A stretch of DNA of 63,145 nucleotides, counting the filler, from Octopus bimaculoides (taxonomy: Eukaryota), in the NCBI RefSeq assembly GCF_001194135.2. It is 6 parts of 6 records of this genome, joined end to end, with 100 filler letters (N's around TTAATTAATTAA, not from the genome) between each part and the next. Parts side by side here need not be neighbours in the genome. Positions count along the whole stretch, not along the records: positions 1 to 30,839 come from NC_068983.1; 5 more parts are not named here. One strand, written 5' to 3'. The notes beneath the pieces were generated by a model. The model had not been told where the DNA came from, ran no database searches, and saw nothing but the letters and a program-made list of their open reading frames with translations. Below, piece after piece: positions 1-15,354 of the stretch; the first letter of the stretch is position 1; every line of letters starts with the position of its first letter. The position numbers were made by a program, and so were the translations under genes.

Positions 1-259
1 TATATATATAGTTAGCTAATATTTGTTGTTTAGCTCTTTGTGAGTTCTTTGTAATCGAGCGGAAACGATGTGGAAAGAAATTTCAGTCGCGCCATCAAAT
101 TTCTTTCCTAGACATTGTACATCTCGAGCTATATATATTATCCGATGTGCCCCTTTTGTGGGGGAAGAGCATGTACAAATTTGGCTGCTATTTCTGATAA
201 GTTGAACGACCCACAATGCAGATTCCTTCGCAGGGTCGTGATAACGTGTAGAAATAAAA

Positions 260-510
260 ATGATAGACAGATAGATGGATAGGTAGATAGATATAGAGAT
301 AGATAGATAAAGAAGTAGATAGACAAATAGGTAGATAGATAGGTTGATAGATGGATAGGTAGATAGATAAATAGGTTGATAGGTAAATAGGTAGATAGAT
401 AAATAGGTAGATAGATAGACAATAGACAGGTAAATAGGTATATAGATAGATAAATAGATAGATAGGTAGATAGACAGACAGATAGACAGATTAATAAGCT
501 GGATAGACAG
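260..510. repeat. Degenerate (GATA/GACA/GGTA)n tetranucleotide microsatellite
   Basis: Direct reading. One of very many (AT)n, (CA)n, (GA)n, (GATA)n and (TAA)n tracts across the window. Confidence 0.9.
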
Positions 511-1506
511 ACATTGGTAGTTTGCTGTTAAGTTTAATTCGTACCTGCTTGAGCAGGCCTATAATAATTGAGGCATAAGGCCTAAAATTGAGATGAGAGA
601 TTAATCGATACTATCGATTCCAATATTTCACTTGTATGTTATTTTACGTCCCCGAAAGATGAAAGGCAAAGTTGATCTCGGCGGGATTTGAACTAAAAAC
701 TTAAAGAGCCGGAACCATATACTGTAAAGCCTACTGATTCTGTCAGCTGATCGACAGGGCAGGCTATATTTGTTCCTGAAGTGACAAGTTTCATCCATTT
801 CCTCATCTCTAGTGCGTCTTGGACGATGTTATACAGTTTGCCCATTTCTACACTTTTGGAAAATGATTGGTTGTGATTTGAGGAACATTTGGCTCATATT
901 CCTAGTAAATTAAGCGGCCACATAATTTGGTAGAGATTCTTAAAAAAGGCAGTGAAATATGAAGAATGGTGCATACAGTTAAATATNNNNNNNNNNNNNN
1001 NNNNNNNNNNNNNNNNNNNNNNNNNNNNNNNNNNNNNNNNNNNNNNNNNNNNNNNNNNNNNNNNNNNNNNNNNNNNNNNNNNNNNNNNNNNNNNNNNNNN
1101 NNNNNNNNNNNNNNNNNNNNNNNNNNNNNNNNNNNNNNNNNNNNNNNNNNNNNNNNNNNNNNNNNNNNNNNNNNNNNNNNNNNNNNNNNNNNNNNNNNNN
1201 NNNNNNNNNNNNNNNNNNNNNNNNNNNNNNNNNNNNNNNNNNNNNNNNNNNNNNNNNNNNNNNNNNNNNNNNNNNNNNNNNNNNNNNNNNNNNNNNNNNN
1301 NNNNNNNNNNNNNNNNNNNNNNNNNNNNNNNNNNNNNNNNNNNNNNNNNNNNNNNNNNNNNNNNNNNNNNNNNNNNNNNNNNNNNNNNNNNNNNNATATA
1401 TATATATATACGTATATACGTAATATATGTATGATGTATGTATACGTACATATATATATACTCATACATATATACATACATTTATATATTCATATATGTA
1501 CATATT

Positions 1507-1547
<41 letters not shown>

Positions 1548-2466
1548 ATAGATACAAACAAATAAAAACAGCAGTATGTATACACACACACACATACACA
1601 TACCATAATAAAGACAGGCAGTATGAGGAGTGAATATATTTATTTAACCACTTTTCATTTTTAGGTTTACGGCCGTTTCGCAGCCTTCATCATGTAATAA
1701 TAATTTCAGTGTATAATAGACTGTTTTAGACAACTATATGCATACACACAAACATGCAGACAAATAAAATGAAATAGGAACTCTTTCCCTAACCAATTTA
1801 TTTAGCACAATTCTGCACGCATACGCAGACACAACACACAATATTGTTTAAGCGTTTTGCATTGGAGAACCTTACTATGTAACTAAGCATGTCGGTGAAA
1901 CTCCTTACCCATCTTTCAAATATAGATATGCACGCACGCACACACGTACATCCATTGATGATGCTAAATTCCTGGCTGGCTTGTGCAGCTGGTTGGCTGT
2001 TGTATATGCCTCTATGTGTATAGCATTTTGTTATATGTGTATTACATGAAATATATATTAGGGGATATGTTACGAGCGTGCGTGTGCTCCCTATGAGAAT
2101 GAGGAAATGTGTACTTGTGATATAAATATTGTGTGTGTAATCTAAACGTGCTTGTAGACTTCTCTGTGCATGCATGTAGGTAAACGAAAATGTGGGTTAT
2201 GTGAGGACTGTACGTGTGTATAGCTTGCTTATATACACGTATGCAGGTAATTTGTAAAGCGTATATTTGTGCGTGCGCATGTTAAGATTGAGAGCGCATA
2301 TGCAGTCTTGTCTATGTATACACTAAAGGCGTGGGTGTTTGTATACATGTGCGGATTATGTGTGTATAGTTTTGTAGTATGTACCAATGCACGCGCACGT
2401 GTGTAGAAGTGATATTGATATGTCTAAAAAATATGAATATGTGTGAATCTGTACAATATATATATA

Positions 2467-2509
<43 letters not shown>

Positions 2510-2728
2510 AGGAATGTGTGTATCTATCTAATCTATCTATCTGTCTGTCTATCTATCTATCTATCTATCTATCTAAAGCGGGGGTAAAGGACATGGACAT
2601 ACACAAAAAGAATAGTATATACATTAGCTTATACACGCAAGCATTAACACACACTCGCATTTGAAGTTAAACATTCGTTCACCGCATATACACATGCGTA
2701 TGTATATATACCTGCTTGCGTGTATATT

Positions 2729-2769
<41 letters not shown>

Positions 2770-4972
2770 NNNNNNNNNNTGTGTGTATGGCAATGACCGA
2801 GATGTAACTTGCTGCTTTGTTATCATCGTTTTAGACGCTCTGTAGAAAAGGCATAAGATGCATTACCTCACATTCCTCATTAACTATGAGTCTTCATGTC
2901 TAATTAAGTAATAATTACCATTATTAATGTTGCTATTTTGATGTTGCTATTTCTGTTGTGTTTCTTCCACAGCCATCTGTACCCACCCACCCCTACACTC
3001 ACCCACCCACACACACACTTACGCATACCACGATATCACTATCAATGACGTCCAACCCATTCCTCCAATGTCAGCGTCATCGTCATCATACTCAGTTTCC
3101 CTGTTGTTTCTTATCACCAAAGCCCTCCAGCGTCATCGCTATCCAACAACACCAACACCAACACCAACACCACAACCAGCTCCATACACATTTACCATCA
3201 GCAGCATCGCAATCGTTATTGTTCTTATCGTTGTTGTTGTTGTTCTTCTTCTTCTCTCATTATTTATTGAAAAGCCTATTGTCAACTTATTATTATTTAA
3301 AAAACAAAAACGCAACAAGTATTTAATAACTTTTTCAGTTAATTAATGTTGAGTGTTTCATAGCGAAGCTATAATTATTCCTATACCAGCATTTATCTGA
3401 AGAGATTAATCTTAAAATTTAAGTGAAAATTGAAGCTGATAGTGTTTCTGGTGCTTCCCAACCAAAATATGCAATTACTGAGGAAATTTTTAAAATTTGC
3501 CGATTTTCCTTTCCAAATTAAATAGATACTTTCTGAATTATGTATCCATACTCGTATATATACACGTACAGACACTCACACAAACACAAACACGACTTGT
3601 ACCACAACCGGGAATAACCACTCTAACGCACGCACACTCGCACACATTCACTACACGTAAACATGACTTGTACCACAGCTTCAACCAACACCATGATAGT
3701 AACATATATATAGAGAGAGAGCACATGCATTGATTATCTATCTATCTATCTATCTATCTATATATACATATATACATATAAGTTCATACATACACACATA
3801 TACATATATAATTGTGTGTATCATAAAAAGCGTACATGAACGCAGACATAACTGTGGTTAAGAAAGTTCACTCTCAGCTTGCTTGTGTGTGGAATTTGAC
3901 AAATGGAAACTGTTCTGAAGCTGTGTAGTATGAGGTTTGCTTCCTTACCACAAGTTTCCGGGTTCAATTCCACTGCGCGGCACCTAACTTCTACTATCGC
4001 CACGAGCCGACCAAAGCCTTGTGAGTGGATTTAGTAGCTCGTTATATATATATATATATATATATATATANNNNNNNNNNNNNNNNNNNNNNNNNNNNNN
4101 NNNNNNNNNNNNNNNNNNNNNNNNNNNNNNNNNNNNNNNNNNNNNNNNNNNNNNNNNNNNNNNNNNNNNNNNNNNNNNNNNNNNNNNNNNNNNNNNNNNN
4201 NNNNNNNNNNNNNNNNNNNNNNNNNNNNNNNNNNNNNNNNNNNNNNNNNNNNNNNNNNNNNNNNNNNNNNNNNNNNNNNNNNNNNNNNNNNNNNNNNNNN
4301 NNNNNNNNNNNNNNNNNNNNNNNNNNNNNNNNNNNNNNNNNNNNNNNNNNNNNNNNNNNNNNNNNNNNNNNNNNNNNNNNNNNNNNNNNNNNNNNNNNNN
4401 NNNNNNNNNNNNNNNNNNNNNNNNNNNNNNNNNNNNNNNNNNNNNNNNNNNNNNNNNNNNNNNNNNNNNNNNNNNNNNNNNNNNNNNNNNNNNNNNNNNN
4501 NNNNNNNNNNNNNNNNNNNNNNNNNNNNNNNNNNNNNNNNNNNNNNNNNNNNNNNNNNNNNNNNNNNNNNNNNNNNNNNNNNNNNNNNNNNNNNNNNNNN
4601 NNNNNNNNNNNNNNNNNNNNNNNNNNNNNNNNNNNNNNNNNNNNNNNNNNNNNNNNNNNNNNNNNNNNNNNNNNNNNNNNNNNNNNNNNNNNNNNNNNNN
4701 NNNNNNNNNNNNNNNNNNNNNNNNNNNNNNNNNNNNNNNNNNNNNNNNNNNNNNNNNNNNNNNNNNNNNNNNNNNNNNNNNNNNNNNNNNNNNNNNNNNN
4801 NNNNAAAACAGGAGGTGTGCGTATTCTTTACCCCGCCCCATATATATATATATATATGTATATTTGAAACCAGAATGCTGAGCGGCTTTCTGTGTTCAAA
4901 TTCTACCTAGCTCAAGTTTACATTTCATCCGTTCAGGGTCGATAATAAAATAAATACCAATTGAATACAGGG

Positions 4973-5017
<45 letters not shown>

Positions 5018-5157
5018 AATATATACATATATGCATACATACATATATATACATATATATACATATGTATATATATGTATATACATGCATAAACACATGT
5101 ATATATACATACGTGCATATATACATACATATATATATATATACATGTACACATACG

Positions 5158-5211
<54 letters not shown>

Positions 5212-5855
5212 CAAACATATGTATCTTTGTGTGTGTGTGTGAAACGTTCCTGAATAATAAAAAAAAAAGACAGGGTGGTCACTGCTAGAACGTATTTCTT
5301 CATAGGTCTACTACCAAAGTCTGTAGGCCCAGCCAACAAGTGTATACCATCCCAGTAACTAGCCAGTAACCGATACAACAGCTGCAGCAACAAAATATAA
5401 TACAATTGCACGTTAATACGGTAACAGCTCGAGACAATAACAATTATATATAAAAACGGTATCAAATTGATAACATCCGGTCGAAGCCGCTTAATGTTCA
5501 TATGACGGTGTCGTTTGTGTATTGTATTTACTTATGTTTATTTAGCAAAGGAAAACTTGCTGAAGGTATCTATGTGTATGTGTGTGTAAATGGATATATG
5601 CAAATACATAGTTACAGGTATGTGTTTACGTGCGTGCGTGTATGTATATATATATATATGTATCTACATTTATATGTATATGCATTATGTGTATATGAAG
5701 GTGGTATTCGAAGTACGGCCTTGGTCCAGATAAAACAAATTCTACACACATCTCTCTCTCCCTCCTCTCTTTCTCTCTCTCTCTCTCTCACTATCTAGTT
5801 TTTAGCCCTCTATATACATTATATATACATATACATTATATATATATCTATATGC

Positions 5856-5884
<29 letters not shown>

Positions 5885-5897
<13 letters not shown>

Positions 5898-6150
5898 CAT
5901 TAAATATATATGTATACATACATTAAATATATATATATACATACATTAAATATATATATATATACATACATTAAATATATATATATACATACATTAAATA
6001 TATATATATACATACATTAAATATATATATATACATACATTAAATATATATATATACATACATTAAATATATATATATATACATACATTAAATATATATA
6101 TATATACATACATTAAATATATATATATACATACATTAAATATATATACA
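5885..6150. repeat. Minisatellite, unit ATACATACATTAAAT(AT)n, about 12 copies
   Basis: Direct tandem units visible by eye, with a variable number of AT dinucleotides. Confidence 0.9.
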
Positions 6151-7571
6151 TACACATATACACATTATATATATATATATATATATATGTATATACACAC
6201 ACACACACACATTATATATATAATGACATTTACAAATTCGACCTATATTAAAAATTCTTAACCGTTAACTTTTACACACTCACATAGAAGCGCACACACA
6301 CAAGCGCGCGAATGTGTGTGTGTGTGTGTGTGTGTTTACTTTTCTATCTCTGAATCTCTTGCTCATCCGTTTGTCTTCCATATCCCGTTTATCCGTCTGC
6401 CTAACCTACAGACTAATCTATATCTACCCGTCTATAATTATCAATATCGATCAATAGTAAAAACCTGTCTATTTATATCTGACTATTTATATCTACCTAT
6501 CTATATTTATATGAACGCGGTTGATTGGCGGAGTTGGAGAGAGAACATGCTTTGTATTATTTGGCTCCAACGTTTTACGTTCCGAGTTCAAATTCCGCTG
6601 AGGACAATTTTGCTTCTGCTTCTTTCTTCTTTGTGTTGATGAAATAGTTTCAGTCAAGTTGTGGAATTGATTCATTTTCCTCAGCTCAGTATCAGCCTCG
6701 CTGCATTGTAAGACGAACATGAGATGGAGGCACTACCGATTGTGTTATTTTCCTCTAAGACCACCACACATCATTCATTTGGTCAAAGAATCGTCGCCGA
6801 TAATGATGAACATGGTGATAATATTTAGCACTAGTTTCCTGTCTTCTACATCTACATCTAAGTTAGAGACGATGCCTTTAGATTTGAATAAAGTATCTAT
6901 CTATCTGTCTATCTATTTGTCTATGTGTATCGATTTTCCTGTATTTATCTATCTCACAGCATTTCTCTTTTATGTCGATCAATCAATAATTCTTCATAAA
7001 GGTCCGCACTGAACTATTCTCGTGCACAAACACAAACGCACACACACCTATATACACAAAAATATATTATTGGGTTCGAGTCCCAGTGGACGCTCGCATT
7101 TCTATTCTTTTTCCACACATTCTTTATATTTGCACAAATGCTCTGTGTAAATGTAAACATTGTATTCCCCGTTCGATCTTAGGGAAATCATCAAAAAATT
7201 TGGTTCAAACACAAGCTACGGTTATCTCATGCAATGGAGAGATAACGCTAAATTGTAAGCTTGGGAAAACGTAGAATATTTATATGATGCATGTATAATA
7301 TACGCATACTTGTTGCATATATACATACTTGTTCGCGCACGCACACGCACACATTCATATATACACACACATACATACGTATACATTCATATATGCATAC
7401 ATACTTGTTGCAAATATAATAATCCCGCACTATAGAGAGGGACTTGCGTATATATATTATATACGTGTACACGTATGCTAGATGTTGAGGTATTTCTTTG
7501 CCGTCTAATGACCATACACGTTTTATAGGTTCTATCGTATTTCATATGAATACATTATATATTTTATATTT

Positions 7572-7605
<34 letters not shown>

Positions 7606-7659
7606 NNNNNNNNNNNNNNNNNNNNNNNNNNNNNNNNNNNNNNNNNNNNNNNNNNNNNN

Positions 7660-7709
<50 letters not shown>

Positions 7710-8417
7710 ATATGAAGAGATTTCCAGACACTCGCAAAACCATCATTTTCTAGGACGGACATAATAAAATGTATAAATTGCTTCAGTTAACGGGAAGCAA
7801 GAGTACTGATAATTATTGGTTGAGTAAAAGATAAAGAACATAAATAAATATATAAAAACCAATTGATTTGACTTGAACCAGAGTACAAATTGAACTGGTA
7901 AATAACTCGTTAATAGAGTGAGTAGACGTTGTACATTTTGTTACAAGGCTACAACATATTACTTGGTTGGTGTATACTGCATGTGCCCTCTCCACATTCC
8001 GTATGAAGTGAATGAGAAGCAAGTGAAATCCCGTAGGATTTGAACTCATAAGTAAATAGTTGATATTTGGATTTGTTTTTTGACGTTGTAATTGCTGTAC
8101 AAGTCATTGTTCCCCGAACACACATACACACACACACAATACGGTGCGGGTTCAGAGAATCGTGCGGCTAACACAGAAAGCTCTTCTTACGGAATTGGCT
8201 AGCAGTCCACATAATAATCAATTACCAAAAAGTGTAATGTCGTGTTAATGAAAACATGTACGTACGATTTCTTCCCAAAAGAAATTAATGCTGTATGAAG
8301 GTTGCGAAACGGCCGTAATCTTATTGACATCACGGGGTTGAATAGATTAATATTCACCTCTCATAGCTCCCGACTTTATGGTTTTACATATCGTGAATGC
8401 AACGCCCTAACCACAAG

Positions 8418-8451
<34 letters not shown>

Positions 8452-8949
8452 GTATATATATAATAAGCACATATATATGTGTGTGTATGTATACCCACAT
8501 ATACATTCAGTATGTAATACAGACTAGAGCTACTTTACTTAGCACAGCTTCAGCAAATCAGCTGACTGACGAAATAGATGAGCATGCGTGGAAGCCTTTT
8601 CGTTCACTCAATTGTTTTCTGCTAAACGAGTTAAAGTAACCATATAATAATAATAATAATAATATGGTACAGGGTGGTGTGTAACAAATGAACATACGGA
8701 ATAAGAAGAAAGAGATCCCTCAGAGGATGATGAACATGGGACATGATTAAACCTTCATCAGATGTCGACCAAATATCATCGCAATTTCGATTCCTTTTGA
8801 TAAAATTATTCAATTTGGCACTGTCAGTAACATAAGCTGTTGGGGTATAAATCAGAGGAGATAATGAACGAACACAAACGGATAAAAAATAAAACGGGTA
8901 CATTTGCTAGAATACTTGCGCATTCTAGCCCGAGTGGGAAATGGACGAG

Positions 8950-8989
<40 letters not shown>

Positions 8990-9665
8990 CAATGGCAGCT
9001 CTTGGTATGTGATTATAGCAGGCGATTTTAAAAATCAAAGCCATGTAAATAGAAATACGGTGCATAAATCATGTACATATCAGGTTTCCAACTGTGTTTC
9101 ATAAACATGAAAAGTTTATATTCAAATCTGCTTCATTTGCATTCACGTATACATAAATGAGGTTGGCACTATGTGTGTTTGCTCGCGTATATATGTGTGT
9201 GTATATATTTAAGTGNNNNNNNNNNNNNNNNNNNNNNNNNNNNNNNNNNNNNNNNNNNNNNNNNNNNNNNNNNNNNNNNNNNNNNNNNNNNNNNNNNNNN
9301 NNNNNNNNNNNNNNNNNNNNNNNNNNNNNNNNNNNNNNNNNNNNNNNNNNNNNNNNNNNNNNNNNNNNNNNNNNNNNNNNNNNNNNNNNNNNNNNNNNNN
9401 NNNNNNNNNNNNNNNNNNNNNNNNNNNNNNNNNNNNNNNNNNNNNNNNNNNNNNNNNNNNNNNNNNNNNNNNNNNNNNNNNNNNNNNNNNNNNNNNNNNN
9501 NNNNNNNNNNNNNNNNNNNNNNNNNNNNNNNNNNNNNNNNNNNNNNNNNNNNNNNNNNNNNNNNNNNNNNNNNNNNNNNNNNNNNNNNNNNNNNNNNNNN
9601 NNNNNNNNNNNNNNNNNNNNNNNNNNNNNNNNNNNNNNNNNNNNNNNCACACACACACATGTGCT

Positions 9666-9710
<45 letters not shown>

Positions 9711-10981
9711 GTACATACATATACACTGAAGTGTACTTCTATACACGCACATAAAAACTCATGTACATACATGCGCACACATTAAATATTTGAAGAAGAC
9801 TATACGGAAGGGTAAAACACATACACACAGACAAATCGACTCCAAAAAGATTTGAGCCTACAGAAAGCTACGTTATTTATGTATCGTCTGACTTTGGGAG
9901 GGTACAGTCGGTTTAATCCAATCGGTTCTTGCCTTGGTACTTTATTTTATCGGCCAGGTAGGATAAAAGGCAAAACCTGATCATCGCATAATTAGATACC
10001 TTTAAGTTATCTTCTACGGTACTGCAATGATTCTGTTAATCTACCTTTTCGCCTTGCAATCTCACATACTCTACCTTACACTCTCACTCTTTCTGTTGTA
10101 TTAGCTGCGTTGTTGCTTTAGCTATTCCTGAGTCAGACCTGAATAGAAAAAGGATCAAGGACTTTGTAGTTATGACCATCCCATCTTTTTTTTTCGTTAC
10201 GGTGTACTTGGACTACCTTTTAAGACAATAGGGTGTGGTATATACGCTGAAAATATGCTAAAAATAATAGGTAAAATGTATGTATATATATAGTAAATGC
10301 ACAAACGAAATATATATATGTAAAAGAAAAAAAAACGTATAATGAATGCACAGACGAACGGAAAAACATACTGAGTGCATAAACGGACGGAAAACAGACA
10401 CAAACGAGCCCTAATTCTTCATCAGTTATCAACCAGATGATGCTCAGTTTCGCACCATTAATGATAAGACTGAGATGCTTTCCATATATATGTGCATATA
10501 TATATATATAATGTGTATGTTTGTGTTCATTTATTCTTTTTCTAGTTTGGATGATTGAACTATGGGCAATCTCTTTCGAAAGATGGGCCTTATGAGACAC
10601 ACCTCATCAGGCGGGCCGCAATACTAAAGGAATTCAAAGTAATTTTTCGTTAAGCGTACTATTCCAAAGGTGCTGCGGGTTGCAGGTTGCTCAGTCGATC
10701 AAACCGACTCTTTTACTTTTTTTCAAAAAAGTTTGTACTTAGTCTATTGGCTTTTCATTTTGTCGAACCGCATCAGCCCCAGTGTCAAGCGGGAAGAAGC
10801 AACCACACACATATGACAAGTTTACATAGTTTCCACCTGCCAAATTCACCCACAAAGCATTGGTCAGCTATAGAAGATGCTTGACCAAGGTGCCACGCGG
10901 TGAGACCTAGTCTGAAAGCGTGTGGTTGCGAAGTAGAATTTTAACCAAAATAGCTATGCTTGAGATTTTTGGTCTAAAAAG

Positions 10982-11278
10982 CAGGTGTCGGCGAACCGGG
11001 ATAAGTTACCCCAAGTGGGGTAAAAAGGAAATTTTAGTGGGTAATGAGAACTCATAAGACATGAGTAAAATCGTATAAAAAAAAACCGTTCCTTGTTTCG
11101 ACAGAAAACCGTCTGCCAACACTGCATCTGTTCAATGTAATAGATTCATAGAAATAGATTCAGTAAAACTTTTGAATTCAAAGAATCTATGAGTTTCTTT
11201 CTTTCAAATCAAATGGGGTAACGTTGGCGTAAATAAATGTTTTGAGGTAATTGGTTAAAAAGAGTTCCCCGAACCCTG
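10982..11278. mobile_element. hAT-type MITE
   Basis: Imperfect TIR CAGGTGTCGGCGAAC / GTTCCCCGAACCCTG. Flanks gtctaaaaag / gtctaaag (TSD with A slippage). Confidence 0.55.
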
Positions 11279-11327
11279 GTCTAAAGCATGAGTGTGTATT
11301 TGTGTATTAATGTGTATGTGTGTGTAC

Positions 11328-11425
<98 letters not shown>

Positions 11426-13287
11426 CTTTAATTTTATTTGTTGCGGCCATGCTGAAGCACCGTCATGAAAGGTTTAGTCAAATAAATCAACCTCAGCAAT
11501 TACTTTTTAAAGCCTGGTACTTCTTCTATCGGCCTCTTTTTGCCAAACCAGGACGTAAAGAAACCAATAGCAGTTGTCAAGCGGTAGTGAGGAACACACA
11601 CATTACATACATACGGCGGGCTTCTTTCAATTTCCGTCTACCAAATCCACTCACAAGACTTTGGCCGGCCCGGAGCTATAGTAGAAAAACATTTGCCCAA
11701 GGTGTCATGCAGTGAGACTGAACCCGGAACCACGTGGATAGGAATCAAACTTCTTACCACACATTCACACCTATATATATATGCGTGTGTGTGTGTGTGT
11801 GTGTGTGTGTTTGCGTGTGTATAAAATATAGTATAATACAATAAAACAATCGACCATTTATATATCGTAGTTCGTAAGTTTCAATTGACCGAAATCTTAG
11901 GTGTCTGCTTTTTCCTCTTGAGAAACGATCTATATGAAGGAACTGGCACCGCTCAGACAGTAAGCAACACTTGTCTCAAGTTCTTTATCCTTCTGTATTA
12001 CACGGAAGCCAACCCCGTTTCCTCAACACTTCATCTGGCTGCCTCCACCACTAGACGAACAAACCGCATTGTCAAAGGTCGATAGCCGGATCTTTGCTAT
12101 TTATTCAACTGGCTATGCTTGCTGTTTGTTTTAGTTCTGTTTCTTTATTTATTGTCCCTTTCGTCTCTGTGTTGTTGTAGCTGTCTATCTTTATATCTAC
12201 ATTTTCGTCTCTTCTTTCGACCTCCCGACCGTCTTTCTTGCCGACTGTCCGTTTATATTAGTTTATCTATGCATTTTTTCTTTACTTGGTTTAGTCATTG
12301 GACTTCAGCCATTCTGGGGCACCGCCTTGTTGAGTTCAGTTGAGTTCAGTTGAAGAAATTGACCCCAGTACTTAATCATTTTAAAGACTGATTCTTATTG
12401 TATCAGACTCTTGCCAAACTGCTAAGTTGCGGTGACGTAAACAAACCAACACCCGTTATCAAGCGGTGGTGGACACACACACACACACGTAATCTTGTTT
12501 TAGTCATTTGACTGCGGCCGTGCTGGGGCACCACCTTGAATTTTAGTCGAATGAATCGAATCCAGTGCTTATTTTTTAAGCATGGTACTTATTTTATTGG
12601 TTACTTTTGCCGAACCGCTAACTTTCGTGGATGCAAACACACCAACACCGGTTGTCAAGCGCTGGTGTTGGATGGACAAGCACAGACAGAAAGACACACA
12701 CACATAGATATACATACATGTATAAATATATTATACGACGGGCTTCTTTCAGTTTCCGTCTACCAAATCCACTCACAAGTCTTTGGTCGGCCCGAGGCTC
12801 TAGTAGAAAACACTTGCAGTGGTAACCATGTGGTTGGGATGCAAGCTTGTTACCACACAGCCATGCCTGCACACACACACACACAGATACTGACTTATCG
12901 TGCATCACAATTTATCGTAAGTTTTCTTGTACTCAAGTGTGTTGTGTTGTTCTTCCTTCCTTCCTATATTTTTCTCTGTATAAAAGGTATATTTGTCTGT
13001 CCATCCCATCACTTTAACACCAGTTTGTCTATATTTCTGCATACTTTCTTGTCTCTGTTTCATGACTGTCCGTTTCATAATCATAATTCAGTTATATCTA
13101 TCTCTCTTTCTGTCTAGCTTTCGCAATTTATCGATCTTTAAATCTGTCTCGCTGTTCCCTTCCACTCTGCAATAGGTTCATTTAAACAGAAATCAGAACA
13201 AATAAACAAAAATAAAAATACAAGAACAGTGATGTGTATGTACATAGATGTTTGTGCATATATATGTGTGTATGTATATTTGTGAAC

Positions 13288-13327
<40 letters not shown>

Positions 13328-14134
13328 GCGTGTACACAAGTTCCTTCGTGATTCAGTGAGCTTTTTTTATAATTAAAGATTTAAATTGCCAACGGAAGAG
13401 CTGACTGAAGCATATTCTCTCTCCTCCTCTTTCTCACTCCCCCCGACACACATCCACCGACACTTTATTTCGTTTTGCATGTGTTTGGGTGTGCGTATGT
13501 ACTCGTCAGCCAGTTCTTTCGTTAACGATTCGAATCTGATTTAAATCTTATATTGATTGATAAAGCTTGTTAAGTCGGGGGTTTCTTTTTCTTTCTCTTC
13601 ACTGTTGGGGCAGTTATAAATGTGTGCGTGCTTATTGTTACATAGGTACATACATACATACGTGTGTGAAAGCTACTTAATTCAGTTCTGTTCATGCACA
13701 CACGTACGTACATATATGTAAGTGGATTCTCCGTCGATTTCGGCGTGGAGTATTACTGCAGTTGCTCGATCAACTGAACCACTTAGACAATGAATTTTAA
13801 TATAATTGGCTGACTGAGTACTCCAGACACACATGCTCGTGCCTTTAAGCATTATTATCAATCAGAATTACTGTAATGAATTGCGTGTCTGTGTGTATGT
13901 GGTCCTAATCCAGAAAGGATAGATGAGTGAAAAACAAACATGTCTGAATTAAGCGGTAAGGCTCTCTATCTCTCTCTCTATCTATCTATGTGTGGTAAAA
14001 AGTTTGTTTCCCAACCACATGGTTCTAGGTTCCGTTTCAATGCGTGGCACCTTGGGCAAGTGTCTTCTATAGCCTCGAGCCGACCAAAGCCTTGTGAGGG
14101 GATTGATAGGCGGAAACTGAAAGAAGCCCGTCGA

Positions 14135-14168
<34 letters not shown>

Positions 14169-15041
14169 TCTTTTATTCTTTTACTCGTTTCAGTCATTTG
14201 ACTGTGGCCATGCTGGAGCACCGCATTTAGTCGAGCAAATCGACTTCAGGACTTATTCTTTGTAAGCCTAGTACTTATTCTATCGGTCACTTNNNNNNNN
14301 NNNNNNNNNNNNNNNNNNNNNNNNNNNNNNNNNNNNNNNNNNNNNNNNNNNNNNNNNNNNNNNNNNNNNNNNNNNNNNNNNNNNNNNNNNNNNNNNNNNN
14401 NNNNNNNNNNNNNNNNNNNNNNNNNNNNNNNNNNNNNNNNNNNNNNNNNNNNNNNNNNNNNNNNNNNNNNNNNNNNNNNNNNNNNNNNNNNNNNNNNNNN
14501 NNNNNNNNNNNNNNNNNNNNNNNNNNNNNNNNNNNNNNNNNNNNNNNNNNNNNNNNNNNNNNNNNNNNNNNNNNNNNNNNNNNNNNNNNNNNNNNNNNNN
14601 NNNNNNNNNNNNNNNNNNNNNNNNNNNNNNNNNNNNNNNNNNNNNNNNNNNNNNNNNNNNNNNNNNNNNNNNNNNNNNNNNNNNNNNNNNNNNNNNNNNN
14701 NNNNNNNNNNNNNNNNNNNNNNNNNNNNNNNNNNNNNNNNNNNNNNNNNNNNNNNNNNNNNNNNNNNNNNNNNATATTTAGTCCATTCGGTCGACTTCCA
14801 CATAGCCTCTGCCAACACGATTTGTCTCCCTCGTCTTCGGTCCACAAATTTTCGTTGTTGGTGTTCCATGCCTCTTTCTGCTTATCTTACTGCACTGTGT
14901 TGCACACTCATGAAGTGCCGTGTAAACAGTCGAGAGATTATGTACACACATACGTAAGGTTTAAAAAACAAAAACAAAAAGACTAGTCTTCTCTTTTGAT
15001 AATGTCCTTGATATCCAACAGATTAAAGGCAGCATCTAAAC

Positions 15042-15340
15042 CAGGGGTTCTCAACCATTTTTTTTTTTTTTAGCCTATGGACTCCTTTGATTACTATTTT
15101 ATTCCAGTGGACCCTCATAGCTATTCGATGTTGAAAAATTAGCTTGTATAGATGCTTTGAAATTCCTATTTTATTTTTCACTCATTGTGTTCGTTGAACT
15201 ACGTGAAATGTTAGAGCAAGAAACCTAGCAGTTTCTTGCAATACATACATCTAAAACAAAATATTTTCAGGGGCTCTTCTGTGGATCCCAATTTACTGTT
15301 TTGTTGCATGTCTTAGGTGGATCCCAGATGAGAAACGCTG
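15042..15340. mobile_element. hAT-type MITE
   Basis: Imperfect TIR CAGGGGTTCTCAAC / GATGAGAAACGCTG, perfect 8-bp TSD atctaaac. Confidence 0.8.
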
Positions 15341-15354
15341 ATCTAAACACTGTA

